From the NCBI GenBank assembly GCA_050250895.1, contig JBFWNU010000001.1, positions 2,500,891 through 2,564,890 of the forward strand: 64,000 bases of DNA, written 5' to 3'. Positions within the stretch are counted from its first letter, which is position 1; each line of letters opens with the position of its first letter. The stretch comes from Vulcanimicrobiota bacterium. Lineage in GTDB: Bacteria; Vulcanimicrobiota; Xenobia; Xenobiales; JADMJV01. Below the pieces are notes generated by a model that ran no database searches, was not told the DNA's origin, and saw only the letters and a program-made list of their open reading frames with translations. Positions 45,863-54,930 of the stretch are shown here, piece after piece. The position numbers and the translations under genes were made by a program.

Positions 45863-46811
45863 CTAATGCCGCACCAGCCAGGCCGTGACCTCGGCACCGT
45901 TGTGGTAAAGCTGTTTTAGTCTGGGAATGCGATAGGCCGGGCGCAAGATGCGCAGAGCGTGGTCGGCCGCGGGTTCCTACTTTGAGGGTCATCACGGCCG
46001 AGGTGCCGGAGGCCAGGTGGGCAGCGCAAGCGACCATAAGGCGAGCCGACTCTTGCGGAGCCAGGATCATGTCGTTGGTGACGAAGTCGAAGCGGTCCTG
46101 GTTGTCAGCCAGAAACTGCTGGGCCGTCATGGGGCGATGGTCGAGTTCGAGGCTGGGATGCGGGGGTTGGGGATCGACCGCCGTTACCTGCAGGCCGAGA
46201 CCGAGGAGCACTCGACTCCACCCGCCCAGGGATGAGCCGAGGTCGAGGGCGCGGCCGCGAGGATGCAGCCCGAAGACCTCGAGGGCCTCCAACAGCTTGG
46301 GTTCGGCCTTGCTAAAACGTCCGGGGTCGGGGGGGAAGTAGGGGCAGCCTCCCGACCAGGGCGAGAGGTTGTAGGCAGGCGGGTCGACACCCACCAGTAA
46401 TTGGTCGCCCACCAGCAGGGCCGACACGATGGCTTGGGGGGCGTGCTGAGCGACGGGTCTTAGCCGGGCCAGGGACCGTTCGAGATAGATGGCCAGGTCG
46501 GGGCGCGGTCCTTCAAGGCTGCGGAACTGCAGCGCGAAATTGGCAAAACGGTGCAGACGGCCGGCCACCTTGCCGGGGTTGGGACGAGCGGCCGACATCT
46601 GATAGTCGAGGCGAAAGAGATGATGCAGGTAGATCGGCGGTCGCAAGGCCCAGTGCTCGCGCAACGGACGGTAGGGGCCGGACAGGTCGATGCGGGTCAG
46701 TCCGCGGGCTAGTGGGTTGGCACGAAACTCCACCCGACGGGCCACTTCGTGCATGGCCTGAGCCTGGAAATCGGGGGAGTGAGACAGGATGAGCGAGACT
46801 CCGGCATTCAT
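45863..46811 (-). pseudogene. RlmM/FtsJ-like SAM methyltransferase with a frameshift near the C-terminus
   Basis: SKAE.KL.EAL, ALDLGSSLGGWS, VTAVDP, NDM, MTLK. The expected tail KQLYHNGAEVTAW lies in a different frame after ~45976. Confidence 0.7.
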
Positions 46812-46989
46812 TGGCGGAGCTGGCTCGCAACCTCCGTTTGCATGAGATGCGGCTTGATATCAAGGCCTCAAGCTGGGCGCTGGAGATGAGCCCAGAATAC
46901 CATTGCTCGCTGTCGAGGGCAAGCGGACTCTCCCCTCGCCGCCCGGCGGATGGCGCCCGGGTCCTGGGTGTAGTATAATTGCGATTATA

Positions 46990-47217
46990 ATGGGACAGAT
47001 CACGATTTACCTAGATGATGAACTCGAGAAGAAGCTCCGCGCCGCCAGCGAGCGGGCCAAAACATCCCGGAGCCGCTGGATCGCTGACGTGATCCGCCAG
47101 CATCTCGACAACGAGTGGCCGGCCGAGGTGCGAGAGGCCGCTGGCAGCTGGGGGGACTTTCCTGAGTCCGACCGGCTTCGCTCCGGTATGAGCTACGAAA
47201 CTCGTGAGGAGTTCTGA
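46990..47217 (+). CDS. RHH/CopG-type antitoxin (VapB)
   Basis: MGQITIYLDDE...SRSRWIA...AGSWGDFP, directly upstream of a PIN toxin. Confidence 0.85.
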   Translation: MGQITIYLDDELEKKLRAASERAKTSRSRWIADVIRQHLDNEWPAEVREAAGSWGDFPESDRLRSGMSYETREEF

Positions 47218-47223
47218 CCGATC

Positions 47224-47619
47224 TTGCTCTATGTGCTCGACACCAACACGGCGATCTACTACTTCAAAGGCGTGGGGCGGGTCGCTTCGCATCTGCTGGC
47301 CCAGGCTCCGCGCCAGATTGGGCTGTCCGCCGTGGTCGAATACGAGCTACTGGTGGGGATCGAGAAGTCGACCTCCTCTGCCCGCAGACGCCTTCAACTC
47401 CAGGCCCTCAAGTCGGCCGTGACCTATCTTCCTTTCGCTGAAGAAGAGGCTCGCCAGGCAGCTCGGCTAAGGGCCCGGCTCGAAAAATCCGGCACTCCCA
47501 TCGGCCCCTACGACGTGTTGATCGCCGCCAGCGCGTTGGCCCGGGGGGCGACCCTGGTGACCCACAACCTCAAGGAGTTCTCAAGAGTCCCCAGCCTCCA
47601 AACCGTAGACTGGTTCTGA
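47224..47619 (+). CDS. vapC: VapC PIN-domain toxin
   Basis: LDTN, EL..G, GTPIGPYDVLIAA.A, LVTHN.KEF.RVP.L...DW. Confidence 0.93.
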   Translation: MLYVLDTNTAIYYFKGVGRVASHLLAQAPRQIGLSAVVEYELLVGIEKSTSSARRRLQLQALKSAVTYLPFAEEEARQAARLRARLEKSGTPIGPYDVLIAASALARGATLVTHNLKEFSRVPSLQTVDWF

Positions 47620-47664
47620 CCACTCCAGGGCTACCCGGCCAAGGTGCCGAATGGCGGGGGCGCT

Positions 47665-48183
47665 ATGGAAGTTCTCGAGCAAACCCGCCTGGCCGAAGTC
47701 GTCTTCGGCGGAGGTGACGACTTCTTCGACCTGCGTCGCTGCAGCGTCTTTCTGGCCGGACTCGACGGCATCTGCGTAGAGGATTGTCCCCTCAATGAAG
47801 CGGCCTGGATTGCCGCCCAGACGGCCGCTCGCCGCCCGGTCACCATCCGCTACCACGAAGAAGAGAGCGGCACTCGGCGCTTCCAGGGACTGGTCTTTCG
47901 CCACCACCAGCCCGAGACGATCGCCTATGATAACCGGGGTCCCGAGGATGATGCGGGCGACCCCGAGCTTTATTCCTATCGCCATTGCCTGGTCGAGGTG
48001 ACGGTGGGTCTCGAGCAGACCAGTTTGCATTTCCACCAGCCCGAGTTCACCTTCGAAGGGGTTCCCGCCGCGGTGGCCCGGGCCATCGGCGCCTACACTG
48101 CTCAGGGTCTCAAGTCGGTGGTGATCTTCCAGCGAGGGCGAATCCGCACCGTGCGACTGCGCATGAACCCCGACCGCGTCTAG
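47665..48183 (+). CDS. Hypothetical protein
   Basis: ORF fills the gap in the same orientation as its neighbours; no motif recognised. Confidence 0.5.
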   Translation: MEVLEQTRLAEVVFGGGDDFFDLRRCSVFLAGLDGICVEDCPLNEAAWIAAQTAARRPVTIRYHEEESGTRRFQGLVFRHHQPETIAYDNRGPEDDAGDPELYSYRHCLVEVTVGLEQTSLHFHQPEFTFEGVPAAVARAIGAYTAQGLKSVVIFQRGRIRTVRLRMNPDRV

Positions 48184-48218
48184 AGGAGCTGGCCCCAAAG
48201 CGCGGAAAGTCAACCACT

Positions 48219-49868
48219 ATGTGGCGTTACGGCTGGTGTTTGGCTTTGCTCTTGTTGTTCGGGTGCCAGCCCCCCGAGCCTGACCACCCCGGCCCGACTC
48301 GAACGCCGTTGGTAATTTCGACTCCGAGTCCCACTCCCAGAGTCACTCCCCGTCCCGAGGCGACTCCAAGCCCGGCCGACAGCGGCGATTTCGTGTCTGC
48401 TATCGTGTGCCAGGACGAGGCGGGCGAGTCCACCAGCGAGTTTACCTCCGACGTCGACGAGATTTTCGTGCGCTTCGAGGTCGAAGAGGTTCCCGTCGAC
48501 ACGATGCTGCGCTCGCACTGGATCTATACCGGTCAAGACGCCGAGTTCGAGGCTTTCGACAACCAGCTGGCCGATGGCAGCGAGGGCTTCTTCAGTCTGG
48601 GGCGGCCCCCCGAAGGGTGGTTGATCGGGGACTATCGGGTGGCCCTGTTTGTGGGGCCCCGACGCCTGCGGCAACTGAGCTTTTCGATCCAGGCCCCGGC
48701 GGCCTCGGTGCCCGACACTCCCGAGCCGACCGAACTCACCGCCCTGGCGCGCCAACTGGTTCAGGGTAAGACCAGCGACCAGGAGAAAGCCCTGGCCCTA
48801 TACAGCTGGCTGGGCCAGAACATCGCTTACGACGTAGAGGGTTTTCTCAAAGGCGAGTATGGCGACTGCTCGGCCGAGGCGGTCTTTGCCCGGCGGGTCA
48901 CGGTTTGCTCGGGCTACGCCAATCTCTTCAAAGCCATGGCCGACGAGGTCGGGCTCGAGAGCGAGGTGGTCGACGGCTTCGCCAAAGGCTATGGCTATCA
49001 AGCCGGCAAGACCCCCGACCCCCAACCCAACCACGCCTGGAACGCGGTCAAAGTCGACGGCCGCTGGCAGTTGCTCGACGCCACCTGGGGTGCCGGCAAC
49101 ATCGAAGGGCGCAAGTTCAAGCGGGAGCCCAATCGCGATTGGTTTTTGGTCAAGCCCGAGCAATTCATCTACTCCCACTTTCCCAGCCAGCCAAAGTGGC
49201 AGCTTCTGACCGAATCGCTGGGACGGAGAGACTTCGAGCAACTGCCCCAGGTCAAAGCCGATTTTTTTAGCCTCGGTCTTAATCTCGAGAGTCACAATCA
49301 GGCGGTGATCGAAAGCGAGGGCGAACTGGTGGTGAAGGTCTCGAGCCAGGCCGACTGCCTGCTCTCGGCCGCCCTCGAACAAAATGGCTCACGGCTTGAA
49401 GGCGCTTATACCCTGGTGCGACGCCAGGGACGTAATCATACAGTCGAGGCGGTGTTTCCCAGGGCCGGCAGCTATACTTTGCTGGTGTTCGGTCGCCGCC
49501 CCGGAGACACCAGCGGGCAGGCGGTGGTCAGTTACGCCGTGAGGGCCAGCCGAGGGGCGCCCGAGCTACCCAGGACCTATTCATCCTTCGCCGAGCGCCA
49601 GGTCGAGTTGCTCGCTCCTCGCCGGGGTGAACTCCAGGCGGGCCACCCGGTAAGAATCCGCTTGAAGGCCCCGGGAGCGCGCGAACTCTTCGCCCAGACC
49701 GACAGCGGTCAGGTCAGGTTCGAGTCCAAAGGGGGGGAGTTTGTGGCCGACCTCTCGCCTACCGGAAATACGGTCACCGTCTTCGCCATCTATGGCGACG
49801 GGCATCGAGGGGAAGGTTTGCTCGAATACCGCCTGGCCTCAACCAGGAATCCGAGCCAACCTGACTAA
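48219..49868 (+). CDS. Lipoprotein with transglutaminase-like (CYK3/kyphoscoliosis peptidase) domain
   Basis: Lipobox LLFGC; VCSGYA, HAWNAV, LLDATWGAG catalytic triad. Confidence 0.88.
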   Translation: MWRYGWCLALLLLFGCQPPEPDHPGPTRTPLVISTPSPTPRVTPRPEATPSPADSGDFVSAIVCQDEAGESTSEFTSDVDEIFVRFEVEEVPVDTMLRSHWIYTGQDAEFEAFDNQLADGSEGFFSLGRPPEGWLIGDYRVALFVGPRRLRQLSFSIQAPAASVPDTPEPTELTALARQLVQGKTSDQEKALALYSWLGQNIAYDVEGFLKGEYGDCSAEAVFARRVTVCSGYANLFKAMADEVGLESEVVDGFAKGYGYQAGKTPDPQPNHAWNAVKVDGRWQLLDATWGAGNIEGRKFKREPNRDWFLVKPEQFIYSHFPSQPKWQLLTESLGRRDFEQLPQVKADFFSLGLNLESHNQAVIESEGELVVKVSSQADCLLSAALEQNGSRLEGAYTLVRRQGRNHTVEAVFPRAGSYTLLVFGRRPGDTSGQAVVSYAVRASRGAPELPRTYSSFAERQVELLAPRRGELQAGHPVRIRLKAPGARELFAQTDSGQVRFESKGGEFVADLSPTGNTVTVFAIYGDGHRGEGLLEYRLASTRNPSQPD

Positions 49869-49877
49869 GGCGCCCCC

Positions 49878-50345
49878 ATGCGATGGTTAGTATTGGCAAT
49901 GCTGTTGGTGGCACCCGCCTGGGCCGACCTGCCGGTCGAGCATCAGGGAAAGGTGCTGGTGACCTTCGATGTGCCGGGTCTCGAAGAGAGTGGTCGTCGC
50001 GACGGCAAGACCTCGAGAATCACCTACACTCGCGCGATCGAGGACGGGACCCTGCAGGTGACTGTCAGCGTGCGCCGCTGGCTCGGCGTCGATATCAACA
50101 AGCAATTCTTCAAAGATAGAGACGCTCGGCGCGAGAACCCCCACGCCCGACTGGTCCAGGATATCGAGGTGGAGGGAACCAAAAGGGCCCTGGCCTTTCG
50201 GACTTCAGAGCCCTTTGATGGTTACACTCTCGTGCTCTACACCGATGACTTCCGGTGTGAGTTCTTGATCACAGGTTCCAAGCAGGCTTCCGACGCGATC
50301 GAACCGACCTTCCAGCAACTGGTCAAGTCGGTCAAGATTCACTAG
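49878..50345 (+). CDS. Secreted hypothetical protein (possibly PsbP-like)
   Basis: Signal peptide AWA|D; C-terminal 'FQQLVKSVKI'. Confidence 0.6.
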   Translation: MRWLVLAMLLVAPAWADLPVEHQGKVLVTFDVPGLEESGRRDGKTSRITYTRAIEDGTLQVTVSVRRWLGVDINKQFFKDRDARRENPHARLVQDIEVEGTKRALAFRTSEPFDGYTLVLYTDDFRCEFLITGSKQASDAIEPTFQQLVKSVKIH

Positions 50346-50674
50346 GCCGCGCCTAGCAGCTTGTCGAGGGCCTGAGACAACGGGCCCGGGGGGACGAAGC
50401 CGGTCTCGGCGGCCACGGGTTGACCATCCTGAAAGACCACCAGGGTCGGAAGGCCGCGGACGCCAAGCCGGCCAGCCCAGAGCTGGTCACTGTCGCTGTC
50501 GATTTTCACGAACTTGATGCGACCTTCGTATTTCTCGGCCAGGTCTTCGAGCACCGGTGCCAGGCGTTTGCACGGTCCGCACCAGTCAGCATAGAAGTCG
50601 ACCAGAACCGGGATGGAACTTCCCAGCACCTCGGCTTCGAACTGTGAATCCTCAATTTTGTTTACGCGATGCAT
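50342..50674 (-). CDS. trxA: Thioredoxin
   Basis: VDFYADWCGPCK. Confidence 0.93.
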   Translation of the reverse strand: MHRVNKIEDSQFEAEVLGSSIPVLVDFYADWCGPCKRLAPVLEDLAEKYEGRIKFVKIDSDSDQLWAGRLGVRGLPTLVVFQDGQPVAAETGFVPPGPLSQALDKLLGAA

Positions 50675-50767
50675 CGGGGCACCTCTTCCTTCGTTTTGCG
50701 TTCATGAGGTTAGATGCATGATCGGACGAAAAGGATTCATGTTTACCCAAAGAAGAATTTAACTTTG

Positions 50768-51313
50768 ATGCCCGAGCTACTGACGCGCGCCCGCCAGGGC
50801 GATGTCGCTGCTTTTGAAGAGCTGGTGGTAACTCACGCCCCGGCCGTCTTCGGCCTGATTCGGCGTTTCGTGCGCGACCCCCAAGCGGCCGAAGAGGTGC
50901 TTCAAGAGACCTTTATTAAGGCCTATCAAAAGCTCGACACCTTCCGGCAAGAGGCCGACTTCAAGACCTGGCTTTCGCGCATCGCCATCAACCAGGCCCT
51001 GATGCATCAGCGCGCAGAGCGGCCGCCGCTTGTGGATGGCGAGCTGGTTCCCAAGAAGCTGGCCGATTGGAGCGAAGATCCCCAAGAGCTCTACGCCGAG
51101 GTCGAGCTGCGCGACCTGCTGCATAACGCTTTGGAGAAGTTGCCGATCGGTCTGCAACAAGTCTTCTGGCTAAAAGAGGTCGAGGGGTTCAGCAATCCCG
51201 AGATCGCTCGCCTGTTGGGCCTTTCGCTGGCGGCCGTCAAGTCCAGGTTGTTGCGAGCGCGATTGGGCCTGCGAGAAGAACTGGCGGGCTACTTCGCGAA
51301 AGGAGAGAAGTGA
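50768..51313 (+). CDS. ECF RNA polymerase sigma factor
   Basis: GD..AFEELV, QETFIKAY, FKTWLSRIA.N, EIA.LLG.S..AVKSRL.RAR. Confidence 0.92.
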   Translation: MPELLTRARQGDVAAFEELVVTHAPAVFGLIRRFVRDPQAAEEVLQETFIKAYQKLDTFRQEADFKTWLSRIAINQALMHQRAERPPLVDGELVPKKLADWSEDPQELYAEVELRDLLHNALEKLPIGLQQVFWLKEVEGFSNPEIARLLGLSLAAVKSRLLRARLGLREELAGYFAKGEK

Positions 51314-51561
51314 TGAGTTGCTGTGGCCGTATCAAAGAGCTGCTGGCCGAATATCTCGATCAAGAGTTGCCCGACGACCTTTGTGCCGAACTCGAGACCC
51401 ATCTTTCTCATTGTCGGCCCTGTCAGGTGGTGGTCGATACCACCCGCACCACCATCGCTTTCTATCGCGAACTCGAGCCCATGCCGTTGCCCGAAGGGGT
51501 CGAACGGCGCCTGCTGTCATGCTTGCGCGGGGACATTAACAAGTCGTTCAAAGAGGATTAA
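51310..51561 (+). CDS. Zinc-binding anti-sigma factor (zf-HC2)
   Basis: HLSHCRPC (HxxxCxxC) motif, overlapping the sigma factor stop. Confidence 0.9.
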   Translation: MMSCCGRIKELLAEYLDQELPDDLCAELETHLSHCRPCQVVVDTTRTTIAFYRELEPMPLPEGVERRLLSCLRGDINKSFKED

Positions 51562-51880
51562 CCCCCAGCGGCTAAGCTCGCCGGGTTATGCTCGCCAGAA
51601 ATACGACTGGCCAACCACGCTCGCTCCCACTCCAGGGGCCGGACTTCAGGGTATCGCCGTCACCCGTCGAGGGGACCGGATCGAGAGCGACGGTTATGGA
51701 TTGGCCGGTGACGTGACCATCCGCACTCCGTTCGACCTCGACCCGGTAGCCTGGGAGGCCCAACTCGGCCTCAAGGCTGAAGGTTGGAACATCTTGTCCA
51801 AGTGGTTTCAAGAAGGCCAGCCGAGCCTGGAAGACCTGGTGGTGGTCACCGAGACCGGCCAGCTTCGGCTGCTAGACACG

Positions 51881-52894
51881 CTATTGGTTTAAGTAGCCAA
51901 GGATGTTGTCGCGATAGAGCGAGTTGACCTGGCCAACTCTATGGACCAGACTGGCGAAGCCCGCTTGTTGGCGCAGGTTGGTGGCCTGATACTCGAAGAA
52001 CTGTTGCACCGGGAAGGTCTCCCACAGGTTCTCGCTGCCGGCGTAGAAGTCGGTCACGGCTCGGGCGGTAGTTTCGTCGACGTTCGAGCCGACAGCCAGG
52101 GCCAACACGGCCTGACGGCGATTGGCCACCTGGCTGTCGTGTTGCATCTTGTCCACCAGAAAGCCGCGAATGCGGGTGGCGGTTTCGACTCCGATGGCGC
52201 CGCTGTCCAGCGAGTTCATCACGCCTAGCAAAGCCAGAGTTTCGCGTTTGGGCAGGCGGGTGTAGTCGCTCATCAGCTGGCGGGCGGCCTGGTCGACTTG
52301 ACCGTTGATGCCCAGTTCGGCCAGGATGGCCCGCTGATCGGCGGCGCTCAGACGAGCCACCGAACGGTCGTCGAGGCCCCGGTAGTAGGCCACTTCCTGG
52401 CCGGCTCGGTCCCAGACCTTGAGCACTCCGGCCTGGTTGCCGACGGCCAGACGCTTGAGTTCGCGCGAGGCTTCAAACACCTGCGGTAACGAGCCTTCGG
52501 CCGAGGCCACCACGACCGCCTGGCGGTTGGCCTGCCACTCGACTCGGGCTCCTAGAGCCTGGGCCACGAAGCGAAGGGGAACGTAAGTGGCTCCGTTGAT
52601 CAGCTGGGCGGGCGATTCTAGCAGCACTGCTTGGCCGTCGACTCTGGCCTGGCTCTGATTGAGGGTCAGCTCGATGTTGCGGGCACCCTTGTGGGCCGAG
52701 ACCTGACCGTGCTGATAGCCGACCTGGGCGCCCAGGGCCGAGAAGATGGCCCGCAGGGGAACGAGGATGCGCCCGTTCTGGTTGACCGGGGCCGGCTCGG
52801 CCGCCAGCGGCCTTCCGTCGACTTCGATGGTAACGGCGCTAGCGGCCAGACTGCCGGCCAGCAAGAAAGCAAACACGTGAGTGAGAAATCGCAA
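51881..52894 (-). CDS. Copper amine oxidase N-terminal domain protein
   Basis: NGRILVPLRAIF.ALGA.V and NG.TYVPLRFVAQALGA.V.W; TTG start after AGGAGG. Confidence 0.88.
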   Translation of the reverse strand: MRFLTHVFAFLLAGSLAASAVTIEVDGRPLAAEPAPVNQNGRILVPLRAIFSALGAQVGYQHGQVSAHKGARNIELTLNQSQARVDGQAVLLESPAQLINGATYVPLRFVAQALGARVEWQANRQAVVVASAEGSLPQVFEASRELKRLAVGNQAGVLKVWDRAGQEVAYYRGLDDRSVARLSAADQRAILAELGINGQVDQAARQLMSDYTRLPKRETLALLGVMNSLDSGAIGVETATRIRGFLVDKMQHDSQVANRRQAVLALAVGSNVDETTARAVTDFYAGSENLWETFPVQQFFEYQATNLRQQAGFASLVHRVGQVNSLYRDNILGYLNQ

Positions 52895-53037
52895 GGTCCT
52901 ACCTCCTGTTTGGTGGGTTTCCGGGGTTGAGCATAGCCGAACCGCCACTGACCCACGGGACAATCTCTGACAGGGCTCCCATGAATGTCCTATAGGAGAA
53001 GCTCGGGCGAGGGTGAAGGAGATTAACGGGGCAAAAG

Positions 53038-53487
53038 ATGGATCTCAAGGAATACAAAGTCATACTGGCTGAAACAGCGCAAGAAGAAGACATCCGCCGG
53101 GCACTCAAGCTGGCGCTGCGAGAATTGCCAGCGGAGCGAGGGTGTCTCCTCTTGAACCTCGACCAAACCGAGGTCTTTCTATACGTCGGCGACGAAAGTC
53201 TGCGGGACAAGTATCCCTTCAGCCGTGAGGTGGTCTGCCACGTCCTGCAAGACGGCTTAGGATTGGTCGACTTTAGCGCCCGCGGTGGGGGCGAGCTGCC
53301 CGAGAGCGTCTCGATCAAGGCCCTGGGTCTGCGCTCGGCCCTGTGCGTGCCCATCCTGCATCTGGGCTCGACGGCCGGCTTTCTCTACTTCGACACGCGG
53401 GCCAAGATGGACGCCTTCGAGCCCGAGCATGTCGACTTTGCCCGCGATCTCGCTCAGGAGATCTACGAGCGCGTCATGAAGCGCTGA
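53038..53487 (+). CDS. Stand-alone GAF domain protein
   Basis: SI..LGLRSALCVPI.....GFLYFD....F. Confidence 0.8.
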   Translation: MDLKEYKVILAETAQEEDIRRALKLALRELPAERGCLLLNLDQTEVFLYVGDESLRDKYPFSREVVCHVLQDGLGLVDFSARGGGELPESVSIKALGLRSALCVPILHLGSTAGFLYFDTRAKMDAFEPEHVDFARDLAQEIYERVMKR

Positions 53488-53806
53488 TCGCCAGGCTGGC
53501 GCCACTCTCTTGAGCGATCTCGTGGACTTCCAGTTTGACGGGCCCGGTGAAGGCCTCGGCCCCTAGTTTTCGGTTGCCAGCATGCTGGGCTTTGAAGTTG
53601 TCCGACTCGGTCCAGGCCCGAAACGAGGCTTCATCTCGCCAGAAGGTCATCACCACGTAGGGATCTCCTTCTTTGGTGGGCCGCAGCAGTCGATAGGCCA
53701 CGAAGCCGGGCATGCTGTCCACCGCACCGAGGCGTTCGGCGAACCGCTGCTCGAAAGCTTCGGCGAAGTCAGGGTGAACGGGAATTCGGTTGGCTACAGT
53801 AATCAT
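53474..53806 (-). CDS. ABM/IsdG-like monooxygenase
   Basis: NRI.V, FE.RF..R, PGF, W.DE..F.AWT.S..F..QH. Confidence 0.88.
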   Translation of the reverse strand: MITVANRIPVHPDFAEAFEQRFAERLGAVDSMPGFVAYRLLRPTKEGDPYVVMTFWRDEASFRAWTESDNFKAQHAGNRKLGAEAFTGPVKLEVHEIAQESGASLAISAS

Positions 53807-53869
53807 GGCGGGCTGTTTCTAGCCTTCCCCGGTTCGGGCCTCCCTGGTATTTTTCAACTAGTCCAGCCA

Positions 53870-54197
53870 GCCTTGGGAGCGTAGTAACTCTATTAGCGGC
53901 TCGCCACCGTTGCCCAGCGAGCAACAGTTCGGCGTCCTCCCAGGCTTCTTGTCCCAGCCCCAATCGGAATACCCTCGAGTTGGATGTCCTGGACGATGCG
54001 TCTTTCGTGGTCGACCAGACTCTGATACTGGGACTCGTCCATGATCAGCGGAGAGATGTCGAGCACGTAACGGGTCTCAAGGCAGAGATCGGTGGCCGCG
54101 TCGATGATTTCGTAGCGGGTGGGCCTATCGGCTCGGTCGATGAGCACAAGAGGCGGCGTCGATACTCCCGAGCCAGTTGCCACTCCAATTCGTTCAC
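53870..54197 (-). pseudogene. Degraded MNT-HEPN toxin-antitoxin remnant
   Basis: Fragments MNELEWQLAREYRRRL / LVLID...DISPLIM...IQLEGIPI (MNT-like, catalytic GS/DxD segment absent) and EAWEDAELLLAGQRWRAANR-(shift)-YYA (HEPN-like start). Confidence 0.55.
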
Positions 54198-54236
54198 TTT
54201 GGAGGTTCTCTGGGTGGCTTGGGCCTGGCCCTGTCA

Positions 54237-54884
54237 CTAGCGGCGTAGCCCTCGCAGCCGTTCGGCCAGGTTGTGCTGCAGAGCTTCGAGGTTGTCGTCG
54301 GTCAGGCCCAGGAATTTGCCCCCGCACAGAAACTTGCCCTGGAGTTCTTCAACCCTTAGCAGGATCAGCTCGAGACCGCTCAGTTCAGCGGACTCGTCGA
54401 GGTTGAGTTCGACCAGCTCACCGGGCAGAAACTCGTCGGAGGCGACGAAACAGGCGCCTCCCAGGCTCACGTCGACCACCGTACAGGGCAACCAGTCTCC
54501 GTCGCGACAAAGTAGCGCCCGCACCTGGCTGGGCACGCGCACCAGTTGGCGATGGTCGAGCATCTCGGTCTCGCCCGGGGGGATCGCCTCGGCCAGCCAG
54601 CTGCGCCAGAAGTCACGACTGCTGCCTTTGAAGGTCAGGCCGCAGAGCAGGCCTTCTTGTTCGGCCCAGGCCACTTCGTAGGGCAGTGGAATGACCGCTT
54701 CGTCGGGACGGTGGAAACGGTTGGGGGTCAAGGCGACGCGGCCTCCGCTCAAGGGGGATTCCAGCTGAACGCAAGCTCCGCCCAAACCGAAATCGACCAT
54801 TCGCCCATAGACGAAGCCATCGGCAGTCACCACAATGATGGGCAATTGAGTGGGGAGGCGGCGGAAGACGCGTCTGTTTTCCAC
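54237..54884 (-). CDS. Tandem PilZ domain protein
   Basis: RRVFRR...DFGLGG and RQLVR...DVSLGG. Confidence 0.85.
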   Translation of the reverse strand: MENRRVFRRLPTQLPIIVVTADGFVYGRMVDFGLGGACVQLESPLSGGRVALTPNRFHRPDEAVIPLPYEVAWAEQEGLLCGLTFKGSSRDFWRSWLAEAIPPGETEMLDHRQLVRVPSQVRALLCRDGDWLPCTVVDVSLGGACFVASDEFLPGELVELNLDESAELSGLELILLRVEELQGKFLCGGKFLGLTDDNLEALQHNLAERLRGLRR

Positions 54885-54930
54885 CTGCCAGCATTCGGGA
54901 AAGGTCTACCGACCCCCTTTGCAGCAAGGT

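Noticed and set aside
51562-51892. Protein-like reading frame after the anti-sigma gene
   Set aside because: No credible start or RBS; at most a gene fragment.
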